From assembly GCA_965153455.1 (NCBI GenBank), contig OZ234493.1, positions 19,954,213 to 20,018,212 on the forward strand: a DNA stretch of 64,000 nt, given 5' to 3'. This document shows, in pieces, positions 1 to 14,392 of this stretch (within the stretch, counting starts at the first letter, position 1; each line of letters starts with the position of its first letter). Both the position numbers and the translations under genes were made by a program. The notes under the pieces were generated by a model. It saw only the letters and a program-made list of their open reading frames with translations. It did no database searches and was not told the origin of the DNA. Source of the stretch: Sphagnum compactum (lineage: Eukaryota).

Positions 1-480
1 CAGTGACCAATGAACGTATCCTAAAACTTTTCTTCAATATATAAGTGCGATGGCTTGCCATTAAACATTGTTTCAGATCATGGATTTCGGTTCATATCGA
101 CATTTTGCAAGAGATTATTCAAGCTTTTAAGGGTCCAAATTAATTTTTCTTAAACTAATCATCTTTAAGCAAATGGACAAACTAAAAAGGTGAATCAAAT
201 ATTGGAACAATACCTTTGATGTATGATCAATTACCACCAAGATGATTGGGTCGACCTTTTGCCCTTGTCTAATTTTGCAAATAACAATACATATCATTCA
301 TCATTGGGTCACATTCCATTTTTTTGCAAATGATGGCCAACACCCTTGGTTCAATATTTTGGCAATGGGTAGGATGAATAATTTGGCTATCGAATAATTT
401 TTTAAAAGGCTGATTAACATTTGAAGCAAATTGATTTTACAATTGCAAATGGTTCAAGAATGATACAAAGAATAAGGGTG
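1..480 (+). mobile_element. Degenerate Ty3/Gypsy (chromovirus, possibly Tcn1-like) integrase core remnant
   Basis: Manual translation from about 52 gives GLPLNIVSDHGFRFISTFCKRLF...ANGQTKKVNQILEQYL*CMINYHQDDWVDLLPLSNFANNN. This matches the rve motifs GxP..IVSD, GQTERxNQ.LEQYL and W...LP.AEFA.NN. Several stops are present. Confidence 0.85.
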
Positions 481-1059
481 AATGCAAGTTATGGTGGCTC
501 ACTTTTGGAGTCACGGTAGTAAATTTTGCAAGGTGTTTTGTTTAAATGCTTACGGTGAATAATTTAATTTTAAATAAATTAAATGATGACCCATTCTACA
601 CTAACAACTTGATTATGAAGACACTCGGACAATTTCTTTTGAAAATAATGCATTCATTATTTATAACGGACTTTGAAGTTCAAAAATATGGTCTGGTCAA
701 TTCAAGAATGGGTTTTGACCTAATTTTAAGAAGTTTCATAAGTGAGTGAAATTTTAGTAATCAAAGATTACACTAATGAAACCTTAGAATATAAAATCAT
801 TTCCATATGGATTATATATAAAAACTTGTTAAGTATTCTTATGAGAGTTGTATTTGCAAAAAATGAACCACTAGATTGTGCATACACCCACAAACCAACC
901 ATCATCATAATTAACATCCAAATTATAAAATTAGAAATCAAGTCTACATATTTTGTCAAGACTTATGGTCCACAAGGCCTTCAAAGAAATTGGAAAACTT
1001 ACAACTTAGACCATTTCATATTATTGGCCAATTAAATTTAATTACATATTGATTACAAC

Positions 1060-1340
1060 TTCCAAGATCAATTAAAATCCATCCAATATTCCATGTTTCA
1101 ATTCTTGAACCTTTTCATAAATTAAAAATTCCTAGGTGACATATTTGACCACCTCCAACAATAAAAATGGACGACCTAAACAAAAATTTAAAATCAAAGA
1201 GATTTTAGATTCATAAGTTTTTTGTGAATGTTTGGAATACCTAGTCCATTGGCATGGATATGATGTTAATGAATGTACATGAAGACTTGCTTGTAACCTA
1301 ATTAATGCACCCCAAAAGGTTTGAACAATATCCATCTAGG
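1060..1340 (+). mobile_element. Degenerate integrase C-terminus with chromodomain (same element as 1-480)
   Basis: Reads KIHPIFHVSILEPF, then KIKEILDS...LEYLVHWHGYDVNECT*...NLINAP, which fits a chromodomain (YLV.W.GY...E.TWE...NL). Confidence 0.8.
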
Positions 1341-4300
1341 GTGAAAATCCTTTAAGGTGTACCACATAGGACAAAGAGGGCCTAGTCCTTTCTATAGTCT
1401 TTTTTTACCTTACATATTAATCCCCATAAAAAATAATGAATCGAAAGTTGTCAAATATTTCAAAAGGACTATATTTTAGACCAGTACAATTTTAGATTCC
1501 ATCATAATCATCCATAAATGTGGTTTTACATGGTAAAAAAAGATTAGGTAAAAAAACATAAAAAGGTGACATTGTGACAAGATTTTTGTACACCTTAAAA
1601 AATTTAGACCCTTTAAACCATTTGGTAATGAACAATAATTATATATTTTTGACTTAAACAAGGCATAATGTAAGTTAGTCATGAAATGAACTAAAAGTAC
1701 AAAGGTTATAACTTACATTGGCAAGATTGAGGGGTGGTGCATATTGACTTTTTTTTAATGTTATCCAATAGAACTTTTTAGAAAATCGTCAACCTTTTGG
1801 AAAATTTTGCCAATTAAACTTTTCATCAATTTATACTAAATAACCTTTTAAAAACTTGTGCCACTTACATTTTTTATAAGCTTTCATCAACCATGTCTTT
1901 TAGAAGCTTTTGTGGATTCTATCAACTTCTTCTATAAGTTTCTATTAGTTCTACGTCTTTAAAAAACTTCTAAGCCTATTTTTCATGAATCTTTATGGAA
2001 ATTTTTAAAAACTTCCAAGAATATTATTGAAAACTTTTAAAAACTTCTAAACATATTTGTCAAGGATCTTTTTGAAAACTTTTAGAAATTTCTTTCATAG
2101 TTTGTTGTCCATGACAATTTGTAAAGATCATATAATCTTTTCCAAGTTGTATATTTGTTTTATCCCTAATACCACAATACAAATCACTTCCCAATGTTTA
2201 AAAGAAAACAAAAAATCAAATGGTTATAATTGAATGGGTCACTTATAATAACAATTATCTTGTATCAAATGTGATGAAGTTGAATATGCCTCACCTAGGT
2301 CTAACCTCACTAGATAGCTAGTTAACATACATACCTAACTAATTTAAGTAGGCATGTTGGTAGGTAATATGTACCTAATATCTAGGTAATGATAATTTAC
2401 TTATCTATTGGGTATCTTCTTATCTACTTACCTCCACCCTATTTATATATTACCTACCAACCTAACTATCTCCATGTTATCAAACTTGAACCTATTTATT
2501 CTTGATAAAGTTGAAACAAAATTGTAATAAACTTGAAAAAGAAAGTCGCAATAAAATCATAATAAAGTTGCAAACATACCTTAAACATTTCATCCATCCA
2601 TTTGTCACTCTTTCATCCATTTGCAAAAAGGGTTCACCGCAATAATCAAACTATGACTTTTGAGGACTACCTTTGTTCTATAAAGGACTTAGATTTATTA
2701 AAATAAACCTTATGGGTCTAGATCTGGTCCAGACTATAATTGCATGTTGAGTTATCTAATTGGCTACCTGAAAACTATAAATTCTTAAAATGGTTCAATT
2801 GACATTCTTGGTCTTGGCTAATACACCTTCATAAGTGCATGGGTACCTAGTTGGATTGCAGTTTTTGTGGCTGAGGTGGGTGGAGAGTTTTGGATATGCT
2901 TCCATGATGTGAGAACTTTTGAAGCTTTTGGTTGTTTGGATCTTGTGGTGGCATGGAGGAAGGTTTGTAAATATGAGTGACAACTCAATAAATTAGAAAA
3001 GGCACAAAACAAGACCCCCCAATAGCAATTCCAATCAAAGAAAGAAATACCCCTATTATATTTTAAAGGTAAACCTGAGACCCATATCAATTAGTTGTTT
3101 AAAAACAGTTGTAAAGCATTTGTAGAAAAATTCTAGTGTTATATATGTGGACTTTGGAGAGCACACTACCAAATGAAACCTTTCCTCCACAAAAGGGTGG
3201 GGCATTTGAAAAATGGAATGCCAGTTCTGGTGGGCATTCCATTTTTAATTTTTTTTTTTTCCGTAGACCCAATTGGATCTTACGTGTTATTACAAAATTA
3301 AATTAAATTATGCCAAAATCAGAATTCGGTGTTTTTAAAGAACCAAGCCTGGAACCAGATTTGTAGTTCCAGCTCCGTGTGAAACCACAACTCGAGAGTT
3401 TCAAAAAGAAATTAGAACCAGAACCAGAGGTTGTTCTTAAAAGGAAAGAAAGAACCGCCCAGCAATGAATGGCCCTTGTTATGAGCTCCTTCCTTCTGTC
3501 TGGCGAAATTTTGCCCTCCCTGTTGGTTTTTAAATAGAAATGATGAGAGAAGTGATTTTTGAGGGCCTTAATCACCAAATTTCAAAATAGAAATAAAAAT
3601 CATCAGATTTCTAAATTAGGTTCCAGTAAGTAGCCAACCAACCACATACAAGGATGCTTAACTATTTGTGTTTTCATATCTGCCTCCCTCACAGCCAAAT
3701 TTGAGTAAACCTTCTTCTTATGGATCTGCAGCTACATCACAAGATTGGAAAGCAAAACACTGCAAGCTCCCACACCAATCAACTGCCCAACAGTAATAAT
3801 AAGGCACCTCAAATAAGCAAATCAATTTTTGGGTTGTTTTGCAACATCCGCATAATTGTCCCTTGCTTGCTGAGACTCTTATGTCTTTGGAAGCCCAAGT
3901 CAAACAACATCAGGCTGGGGATTTTATTAGGTTTTCAGGCAATTTTTTGGTTCAAAAAATTTGTTTTACACATTCAATTTTGGCAGGAGGTCGGGTCTTT
4001 CCTCACTCACATAAATGCTATCCAGCATAGCCGAGAACCTTCATGTTGCTATTTCCCTATTTGGCTATTTCTTCCCAATGGCTCTTCCTGTTTGTCAACT
4101 CCACTTTGCCACTGGGCTGTTGAAGGCCTGAATTAGTTTTGATGGTCTGCCCAAAATTTTGCCCACAAGTTTTAAGCTTTGATGGTGGGGGACAAAAACT
4201 ATGTAGGAGAATACATAACCATGTGGTGCTCCAAAAAATAAGCTCAGACAGTGCACCAAATAGAGCTTGTTTAGGGGTGTTTATCATCCCCCTATCTTTG

Positions 4301-5059
4301 CTAGCAATCCCATTTCATGAACTAACTTTATTCATGAAAGTTCAGCTTTTTTCCACATGAAAATTTGTCCATAAAATTTCATCAACGAAACTTCATCCAA
4401 TACTCCATCGAAAATTCACAAATGATATGTCATGAATGTTCATCCATGGAATTTGAATGATTTTTAATGCAAATTCTATATAATTTTGAATGAATTGCAC
4501 TTCATGGAAGAAATAAAATTATAGATTGTATTTCTTGGATGAACTTTGTTTCATCCTAAGATTTCATGAATTATCACAAATTATGTTTCCTGGATGAATT
4601 TCCGTTCCATTAGGATGGCTTCAAATCTAGATCACTCATCAAAATTGATGCAAAGAAAACAAGAACATTGGAGTCAAAACCTTTTAATCTGCTCTCAATA
4701 TGTTCAGAAATAATTTACAACATAGTTTGAATTTTGAAGGGTTCCTCTGACTGAAGCTTCAAAGACTGGTGAAGAAACAAACCCTATAACACATTTAATT
4801 GCTGGATTTCATTGGCCATAACAACTTTTCTTCACATATAGGTAACAAGTCTATTCAACACCGTCTACACATTATACACTAACTCTATATATATTGGTGC
4901 CCTAAATATTATAACCCTCTCTGTATTGTCTGGGTTGATTTTTAAAAATGAGAGAGTGAGAAGGAAGGGTGCCTGGGCAGCCTGTGAAGGAAGGCCGGAA
5001 AAACATTCAGGCCTTGGACAGCCCAGAAAATTTGTGGGCAGCCTCAATTTTGGGCAGCC

Positions 5060-5330
5060 CATAGGGTGAAGTAGGCAGGGCAATTTGACAAAATTAGCCA
5101 AAAAGCAAAATAGCAATGTGGCGTTGGCAACTTGGGAATGTGGACCTGGCAATGCTGAGTTGAGAATTGGGCAATGTGGAGTTTGCAAAAATGGCAAAAG
5201 TGGAGTTGGCAAAATAGGAAAGTCAACATGGCAAAATAGCAAAATAGTAATGTGGACTTCATGACTTGACAAAGTAGACTTGCAAAACACATAAAGTAGT
5301 GAACTTGGCAAAATACCTGAGCAAAAGCCA
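5060..5330. repeat. Degenerate low-complexity minisatellite (GGCAA/GCAAAA units)
   Basis: Repeated ggcaaaa, gcaaaatag and ggacttg words; these explain spurious ORF 4865-5395. Confidence 0.5.
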
Positions 5331-8300
5331 TTCCATAGAAAGGCATGGTGCACACTTAAAAGACTGTAAGTAGTTGGTATTACAAGCCTCAACACTTGAG
5401 ATTTTGGATGACTCCTGCCTCCTACCAGCTAACTGTGATACCTTACCCTAAGGTCAGTTTCGCCATTAAATAATCCTCAAAATAGTGAAATGAACTTTTG
5501 TGAAAGTATGAAGTTGAAATGTTGAAAATCATCATAATTATCATAGTCTACACTCTGAATAATTTCACTTACTCCTATCACAATATATTATAATAGATGA
5601 TGGAAAAATATATAATTTCAAAATTAAAAAACGAATTCATTTTTTGAAAAAAAAATATTATTCATTTTGTCAATGCGGAAATTGATCCTAGGCTACAATA
5701 TACATTTTTGGCCTTCACACGAGGGGTGTGTCACATTGTGGCCTTGCCATTTACAATAAAAAGGATCTTAAGGCAAAAGAAGAATTATGGAAACTCAAAT
5801 ATTTCACCATGCAAAAATATAATCTTGAAAAAAATCCTCTAAAAGGTATACTGTATAGTAACTTAAAGGATTAGCTACTGGTAGGCAAGGCCGATCAAAT
5901 GAGCACAATGGTTGGAACTTGGTGGAAGTCCTATTAAGGACTTAGAGGTCAACATTTAGAGTTTGGGTTTTGAACAAATATTTTTTCATTGAGGCTTCAG
6001 GTAGACCAAGAGCAACAATGTCCATTGTCCATTCCATAATATGTCAATTTCCAACAAATCAATGAGGATTCAAGATATAATATAAATTTGATGAAATCTT
6101 AGGTGTGATCAATGGTTGTCATGCTGATTATGTGATGGGTGTCAATCAAAATATGTTAATTGTGTGCAAGCGTTTGCTTCCCCAAGATAACAAGTATGTG
6201 TGGCTACATATGGAAAATAGTTTTCAACTCGAAATGACTCTTGTGGCCTGAGCTGTTGGCCCAAGTTTTATCATGTCCTCAACTGATTTTTCTTTTCAAA
6301 ACCTGGTTTTTTGGAATTTATTTGAATTTTCAGCAGCAGAAATCACTTAAAAATCAATATCTCCCACATTCTGAATCCAAATCTTACCAAATCCTATTTA
6401 ATCCTGCTCATCAAGATCTTTCCAATAACACCACAGGCACATTCCAATTCTTCTGAAATTTTCAGCTACGATTTAATTTAATTTTCAGTGAAGAAATCAT
6501 TCAATATTCAAGAACTTTTGCACTGCAAGTCCAAATGTCATGGAATCAAGCCTATGCAGCCCTCCTCATTCAGAGCTTTCCAAAGAGACCAAGAACAGGA
6601 TCTGTAACGTCTCAGTTTGGTGGATCTCATCAGTACAAACAAGACAAACAAACAAACTACCTTCCTTCATAAACAAATATCAAATAATCAAAGAGGTCTA
6701 AGGTACCTCTTGACACTCTAGAAGCGCTTTTGATGGAAGGACCCAAAACCTTTTGGATGTTACACATTTGGAAAATCCAGGTTTACATGGATGGACAGTG
6801 ACAATAAATGTGTTAGAGCTTTAACTTTTTTATGAAGTAAAGTGCTCTTATATAATCAAGTGACATAATTGTAGCAATGCCATAGCAAAAATACTTCAAA
6901 AGATATTATGTTTATGTGGGGGTGGTCAATCAATGTTGGTTGGGTCTTGTTCTTTTTTGTTGGAACCGTTGTAACCAAAAAGAAAGGAGTAGAAAGAATA
7001 TCTCCTGATTACAGATTACTCTCATTAGAGATCCAAACTCTGTGCAACACATATGCCAATCTGGCACTATTACAACCCCTTGGTGTTATTGTCTTAATAG
7101 AACATGATGCTCCATACCCATGTGAATCTCCAGACGGCACATACCTATCAGTCTCTTTCAGATTACTATAGTGGTAGCCTTTAAACTGCTGTCAGGAACA
7201 ATTTCACACATTGTGAGTGCATGAGCTAATGGGGTCTAGCTTGAGGTCAGAGCTCTCAATGTTCAGTTGGTCCGTTATGAGCTGCTAACCATCCCTCTAC
7301 CATATGAGATAATGCAAAGAAATACTTGACTTAATTTTAGAAACATGTTGACTTCTGGGTATGAACCAACGATGAACAATATGTGCCAAGTTGGCTTGCA
7401 ACCACTTAAGAAAAGAGCAGAATTCTATGTAGAAAAACGTCTATGGATATTTTCAATGATCTTTCCCATTCTGTTCGTTTCTTACCCACGTTCTACCCAA
7501 CCCAAGGATACCCCATTAAGGTTTTTGGCTCTCACTCATACACATGCGCTACTCATTGGTTTTGAAGAAAGGTTCCACCAAGATACCATGCAGATGCATC
7601 CCTGTACATGCTCTTATTTCTACAGCTCAGACCTCCTTTATGCGTCATCAGCCTTCAACATCAACCCCTTATAGAGCCTAACATTAGCAATAACATAAAG
7701 CCTGCCATGATGTAGTCACTAGCGCAACGAAATCAAACAGCAACTACCGATCTTTGCAAGCTCCCCACTCTACACATTCTACAACAGATTCAACAAAACT
7801 AATAGACCTGCCTTTTTTCTGCCCTTGAACTCCTCTTCTTATATTCGTCATGTAGCGGCATACTCCTCCCCTCCATTGAATGCTTGCAGTGCCCTTGGCC
7901 ACCCATTGCTCACTGTTGACCTGTTTCACATAATGCACAAACAAACAAACTTTTCTACCCAAACTCACAAGTCTCTTTGAAGTTGTTATTGCAGCCACTA
8001 ACAAACAATGCTAACATAAACTTCGTCGTCTATAGACAGAAAGTTGACGACCACTCAAAACAAAAACCAGAACCCTAAAATGAAATCATGTTCACATGAG
8101 CGGAAAATCTAGATGACTTCTTGCCCGGTCACACCATCATTGGGTCTAGGTTTAGTCTTGTTTATTTAAATGATAACCCTCCACTTTCAGATTCTCTCAA
8201 TATTTAAAAAAACAAAACTCATGGATTGTGAGATGAGGTCAAATTTTCTTGATCAACAATTTTGTCACAAGTCTAATTTGTATAAGACATTTTAATTTTG

Positions 8301-9037
8301 ATTTTAGGATGGGTTCAGTTTCAATTATTACTTTATTTTTAAGTTTTTCAATCCACGATCCGTCACTTGCCCATGAACATTGAACATTTTTTTTTTCATT
8401 TTCTTTCAGTTTGCACTTGCATAAGGGGTAGAGCCACCATGCAATGAGCTACTTATTCATGAACTCAAGAATTTAGTGACAAGAAAATAACCACACCCCC
8501 ATGTAAGCAACCAACTCATTTTATTTTTCTTGTTCAACACTAGTGTGGATTTGAAAAACAGCCTAACTTAAGCTTCTAAGCCAAAAATGATCTTCAATTT
8601 TAAATCGGACTGGTTCAAATTGGACCCTAGTGTAAAGCAACCGCATAAACATGTGATCAAATTACATGTAAGTACCCTACTAATTCCTAACCTAAACTGC
8701 CATAATGGGAATCTTAGTATTGCCATGGACTCTCTTAGTACATTATTATTATTTTTTTAACATATCAATTATAGTATATATTATTTTTCCGTTCCACACA
8801 TCAATCACGTGACTCCTATTTTTTCATCCCATGGCATGCAACCTCCAACAAAGAAAGCCTCAAACCTAAAGACTTAGGACCCTAGCCGCTATCTAAACTT
8901 ATGGCCTCGACCTTGTAACGATCCTAAGGTAGTCGATGTAAACCCATTGGGTTTGGTTTCAAGACAAGTCTAGTTGCATGTAGACCTGTTGAGTCCAATT
9001 CGGAGACCCAGACTCAGCCAACAATGGTCAAAAACAA

Positions 9038-9410
9038 CAATGTTGGCCGGTTATTGAGTTTTGACCCAATTATCAAGCTGGTTACCAAGCCAGATTTTAA
9101 TAACCCACCAATTAATTCTTGATCTTTGGATAATCGCATGATATTGAATTCTTAAAAAATTAACAATCTACCTGAATGACCTGATTATCATCCAAATAGG
9201 TTATCAATCTTTAAAACATTATACTAAATGTAATTTTTAAACATTATAACTGGTTAACAACCAAGTGGTTATCAGCTGATTATTTGATGACCTACCCAAA
9301 AACCAAAAAAAATATTGATATTGATAACATGTTTGGTTTTCAAAAATTAAAATTAAAAAGAACTTACCCGGTGGTTATTTTAAAAAATCAATAACTGGCC
9401 AACAACATTG
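9038..9410. mobile_element. MITE-like element
   Basis: Inverted termini caatgttggccggttatt ... aataactggccaacaacattg, with internal ggttat/ataacc repeats. Confidence 0.55.
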
Positions 9411-12400
9411 GTCAAAACTCAAAACAGTTCATGTGCTGTTATTTAGAAATAATGAAATTGAATTTTTGAGCCATATTTCCTCATTAAAACTAGATAATGT
9501 TTTTGGAATATCTTCCATGGCACATCTTCCATGGGATACTTTGAGACCTTCATTATCAAAGTACTCATATCCAAAACTGTGAACATAAAATCATCTTCTT
9601 TTTCACTTCCATGGAAGCTTCATGCAAAGAAAAGTCACCAACATAGGCCTACACTAGGTATGTGCCTTTTGAGAGTAATCTGCAATACCATACTCCAACA
9701 CCCATTGAATATTGAATTGTTCAATGGCACATACAACTTTTGTTGGGCTCTTGCCAAATGGGCTTGGGCTATTGGATTCCAAACTATTGGGTCTTTCTAG
9801 AGATTTGATGAAAAGATAGTAGGATTTTTAAAAATTCAAATGACCAATAAGGAATTCAAGTGACTAACCTAATTTTGATTTGGTCATGAAGGAGTTTAAG
9901 TTATCAAGTGATATTTGGTTAATCCTTTCTTTGTTTAAAGTTAATTTTATTATCAAACTTGTGTGTATCCTTCCACTTATGAGCTTCTCCATAGTCGCTT
10001 TGTCGTCCAAAAATGTTACTTTGGTCCATTTCTATTTTAACAACATAACGCACTCAGCCAAGTTCATTGGATGTTCATATGTCCACACGATAATCAACTT
10101 GTTGAACAACAAATATAGATAATAGTGTTAGAAAGTTCCTATCATTGATGTTGTTGAGGAATAGCGAGAATTCAAATTTCTTTTAGTTTGCACAATTCAT
10201 TGTTTTCTAAATTGTTGGGCAAATCATAGAGTTTGAAGTTTAAATTAGTTGTAATCCCCAACACTTTAGACTTCTTATGAAACCTCCATGAAAATATGGA
10301 GACAAGATCCATTATAAGTCTAGCCCTAACACTAGGGTTGGTTACCATCTCATTTCCACCCCAAGGGGACCCACTTCCCATTTGAACTTTGGATTTATGA
10401 TTTGTTGTTGGTAGTTGACATAACATATTTGGCACTAGCTTTTGTTGGTAGTTGACTTAGGACGACATGTACTAGATCATGGTTGACTTAGGTCTTTTTA
10501 TTTGTAATCCTTTTTCTTTTTTTTTGATTGTTGTTTTTGGCTAGAACCTTTGGAAATTGGTATGTTGACAATGAGTCACAAATAGAGGAGGATAAACAAA
10601 CTCACAATAACCCAATCAAATCTAAAGTTAGCCCAAACCCAAAACCTTGCCTAATTTTGCAAACAAAAAGAAAATGCTTTTGCACTAATAGAAGTTGGTA
10701 AATCACACTTAAGTTTATATATTTAGCATTCCAATTTTCTTTATATTGTACTTGCATTAGAAGTCTTGGTTAGGGTTCAAATTATGATTCTTTAAAAGAT
10801 TGTTTATAAATTTGGATGGTGTTAATTAGTTTCTTATAAGAGGTGAGTTTATTTCATGTGGATATAATGCTAGAATTATTGATTGCTTAAACTTATGAAT
10901 TTTGAAATAGTTTTGTTTCCAATCTTATTAGGTTTGTTAATTAATACATTGGAAAATCCAAAAAATTTATAGCAATGTCCAAAAAATCCAAATGTTCATT
11001 AGTTTTAGTATGAATGTTTTTCAATGAAACATATTTATGCATATATATTTGGGTGTCCCTTATATATGATATATCAAATCATTTCAACATTTTAACAATC
11101 AACAAATATTTTTCATTTGGATTAAATTTTCCCATATCCTTTGAAAATGAGTGTTTTGGCTCCAGCTCAGGGGCAAATCATGAAAGATTCCTTTGATTGG
11201 GGTCCCTTGACATGAAAGATACCTTGTCAATGTTTTGGCTTGGGCATGGCATAGACCATTTTGTCTTGGGCCTTAAGCTACCTAGGGTTTTGGGGAACAC
11301 ATAATGGGAACAAGCTTATAATTTTAATCCATATACTTTATATGAACATATTTTACATCCAAAACGGTCATCCTTGGAGGCATGGTAACATTATGAATTT
11401 CGGCTTAGGCTCGTGGTAGGCTGTAGAATATTTTCATGGCTTGGAGTCTTGGACATGTCTGACACATCGGGCATGTCCTATGATGGGCCGTAGGCCACCA
11501 TGTCCAAGCCCCCAAGGAGTCAAGGGTCATTTGGTCTGAGCCCCATGCCACCACCCATGGCCCTAATGTCCTAGACCCATGCTATCACATCCCAACCCTT
11601 GCCAACCTAAGATCATTCTATCCTAGGCCTCATGTTGTCATGTTCTAAACCATGGGCCACCTTTTCCTAGCCCTTAAGGAGAACCTAGAGGTTCGTTCCA
11701 TTTTGTCATGTGCCCATGTTGTGCAATGTCGTAGAGCTCAGACCACCTTGTCCTAACTGTTAAAAGGTTTAAAATCATTTTGAATAGGCGATAAGCCACC
11801 TATCCTAGGCCCCAAGCAAGCTAAGGGGTCTCAAGGCACCTGTTTTTGGGCCCAAGCATCCAAGGGTCTACTTTTGTTATGACCCTAGGGCACCCTGTTT
11901 TGGTCCCCAAGCCACTTGTCGCGGTCCATGTATTTTTTGAACACATAACAGGCCATCTAGGGTCAACTTGTGTCATGGGCCCAAGGTTGGCTTGTTTCAA
12001 CCTCCAACCAATGATTCTTTTTTACAATAATTTTTTTGGAAGACGGCATTCATTTTTAGTGTAAATTAGACCAAAAAAACTAGAATTTATTTGGAAAAAT
12101 CACCAAACTATAAACGCCACAAAACTGAAAAAAAAATCATTACCGTTGCTTGTACATCGATTGCTTCCTTAACACAAGCTATGAGATATAATGGTCGAAT
12201 GAAATTATTCTTATGAAATGTCACCCAAAACTTTGCATTGTTGGTAGTGATTGGCATAACACTTTCCATATTGCATTTTATTGTACAAGTCACACCTCTT
12301 AAAGGCTTTCCATTGGTCATTGTTGCCTAGATGTGTGGGATATTGGAACTTTAGGACATTCTATGATAACACCTTTATCCCCCCTTCTTCAATAATAGAC

Positions 12401-13247
12401 CTTTCAAAGTCAAAAAAACGTGACACCTTCTATGAAATATGGGTAGACAAACCTTTGCACAAGAGAAATAAAAAAAGACCAAATGGGACTCCTAGGCTTG
12501 GCTGGTCCTACAAAAATAGATGACACCAAAACCCTTGCACCTCACAAGTAAAAGCACACAAATAATGAAATGACAAAGACCTTTGCAACATAAGAAAAAA
12601 TATATCAAGTGGAGTCACCCTAAAACTTGTCCATAATCACAACAAAGATATCAACACAACCTTTACACTTTGCAACACAAAAGTAAAAAGCATACAAAGT
12701 GAACCCACACCAAACCCATTGTAGCATAAAACATGCATCCACCTCAATCCTAGCACTTGCATATATAGAAATGGACTAATGAAGCTATGCTAATACCAAA
12801 GAAAAAAGAAAGAAAAATGCAACCGTGGGGACCCAAAAGATCCAATAAGAAGGATTTTTTGTCCAGAAAATGCACCAAAGTCGCCAAATTGAGGAAAAGT
12901 TGCCATGTTTAGACAATTGGTTTTAACCACAAAAATAAAATAAAATAAAATATCAAATCCAAAGAATTTTTGTGCAAAAAAAAAAGCACCGACGTCCTTA
13001 GAAGACTGCGAGGAAAAAAGGTTCTGAAATCGCCAATTTTAGACAATAGGTTCCAGAAGGTCTCGCCAAAATATAGGAGGATTATTTTATTTTTTTTGAT
13101 TTCTTGTCTAAGCTGTAGCCAAATTTGACTAGGTAATTTCGTAATTTCCTCTTTGTGGAGGATTGCCAAGTGTAGTTAGTGGATACAATGCAAAATTGGC
13201 AAAAAGAAAACCCAACCCTGGTGTGTGGTGGAGTGTGCACTGTGGAC

Positions 13248-13541
13248 CAGTGTATTTTTTTTCAAATTCCTCAAGTAGGTGCACTGGCTAGGATCCTCAG
13301 CATTAAATTAGCAGTAAATGGCGACTGTCCTGGTGGACCTAGTAGGTCTTCTTTGGAATCCTGCCTAGTTCTGGCGACCCACAGAAACACACTGTCTAAA
13401 TCTGGCGACTTCTAAGTTTTTTTGGTCAAGATATGGCGAATTTGTTTCTTAAAATCTTAAAAATCCCTTTGTTGGATTCGCGAGCCCTTCTTTTTTTGGG
13501 GTCGCCAGGTTGCGAAAATTCGCCAAAAAAAAAAAACACTG
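13248..13541. mobile_element. hAT-type MITE with perfect 8-bp TSD
   Basis: Termini CAGTGTATTTTTTT ... AAAAAAAAAACACTG, flanked by CTGTGGAC at 13240-13247 and 13542-13549. Confidence 0.9.
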
Positions 13542-13708
13542 CTGTGGACCACGCCCATTGACCACACACCATGACCACACACCATCAATTAAATAAACAA
13601 ATCACAATTTAATATTCTGCACTGACGTTATCATCGCTTTTGGTATGTTCCAGGCGGCGTACGGGGACGGTTGGACCCCTAAATCGCTGGAAACTTCACG
13701 ATTTGCAG

Positions 13709-13949
13709 CAGTCATTTTGTTTTTCAATTTTTTAAGTGTCGCAAGTACTGGCGAGTATCCCGACACAGATTCAGTCACGATTCACCTAACTGGCGATACT
13801 TTTCTCCAGGAACATTCAAAGTGTGGCCACTCGCTCCTTAAAAAGGGGTGCAGTCCGGCGAATTGATTTTAAGAAAAGAGGGGATTTTCGCCAGAAAATT
13901 TGGCAGTCTCGCCTTTTGGCCCTTTTTCGTCAAAAAAAAAAAAGGGCTG
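13709..13949. mobile_element. hAT-type MITE
   Basis: Termini CAGTCATTTT ... AAAAGGGCTG, flanked by ATTTGCAG / CTTTGCAG (7/8 TSD); internal TGGCGA/TCGCCA repeats of the same family. Confidence 0.7.
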
Positions 13950-13957
13950 CTTTGCAG

Positions 13958-14266
13958 CAGTATGTTTTTAAAAGGAAATTTATTTATCTTTATATCTAAA
14001 AGTGGCGATCCATTCCCAGGAATATTTAGCCAAATCTATCTGGCTATAAACCAGAAATAAAGTATAAATCTTGAATGATCCTTCTAATATGTTTGGGCTA
14101 CACAATGAAAAACACATATATGAATCTGGCGATTTAGAAACTGTTATTTCTCCTCACTTCTGGCGATTGAAAACCTCCAAAATCACTTTTTTTTTCGATT
14201 TTTTTAATCTTTTCGATTTCTCATTTTGGCGATATATTTTGGCCGTTCAAAAAAAAAAAAACGCTG
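13958..14266. mobile_element. hAT-type MITE abutting the previous copy
   Basis: Termini CAGTATGTTTT ... AAAAAAACGCTG; internal 'tttagccaaat.tggcta' and 'atctggcga' motifs shared with other copies in the window. The TSD is not clean. Confidence 0.65.
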
Positions 14267-14340
14267 CAAGTTTGCAGAAGCGTCCCCTGCTCCTTCCGAC
14301 ACGCCAATGCAGACGAGGTCCAAGCTCTGCGGTCTTATGC

Positions 14341-14348
14341 GGATATCC
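14341..14348. promoter_or_regulatory. P1BS (PHR1-binding, GNATATNC) motif 1
   Basis: GGATATCC within the palindrome GCGGATATCCGC, about 720 bp upstream of the ATG of a G3P permease gene. Confidence 0.6.
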
Positions 14349-14392
14349 GCCGGCATCAATCATGCCCCCGCTGCTGCGCCAGAAAATTCGCG

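Noticed and set aside
4865..5395. 176-aa minus-strand ORF
   Set aside because: It derives from a low-complexity repeat.
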